Assembly (NCBI RefSeq): GCF_035594765.1
Contig: NW_026943825.1
Span: 8,237,802 to 8,301,801 of the forward strand
Direction of reading: 5' to 3'
DNA: 64,000 nt
From: Anolis carolinensis
Lineage: Eukaryota
The notes beneath the pieces are model-generated. The model saw only the letters and a list, made by a program, of their open reading frames with translations, ran no database searches and was not told the origin of the DNA. This document shows positions 63,983 through 64,000 of the stretch, piece by piece. A program made the position numbers and the translations under genes. Position 1 is the first letter of the stretch; every line of letters begins with the position of its first letter.

Positions 63983-64000
63983 GTAAGAAGGAATGAGGAA

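Overview
Eukaryotic (vertebrate) genomic DNA, most likely a squamate reptile such as Anolis. The basis is the repeat content: Sauria SINEs, R4/Dong, CR1, RTE, Penelope-like, Helitron and Tc1/mariner MITEs. It is a draft assembly with N gaps. Four spliced protein-coding genes lie on the + strand, with exons reconstructed by hand: APOA2 (CDS 5180-8018), UFC1 (11391-15170), USP21 (20248-38091) and the 5' part of PPOX (48180 to beyond the window end). Introns and intergenic DNA are packed with nested transposons, including a near full-length CR1 LINE (41245-45930), and several TE-derived minisatellites. The most notable observations are: an in-frame alternative first exon of USP21 resembling the short-isoform N-terminus of its paralog USP2; a U12-type minor intron in USP21; a splice-dependent N-terminal extension or uORF switch for USP21; minimal hammerhead ribozyme motifs in Penelope-like fragments; an intragenic inverted duplication around the catalytic-Cys exons; an RFX X-box minisatellite; and an APOA2-UFC1 adjacency that differs from the human gene order. 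Homology statements rest on recalled sequences, not on database searches.
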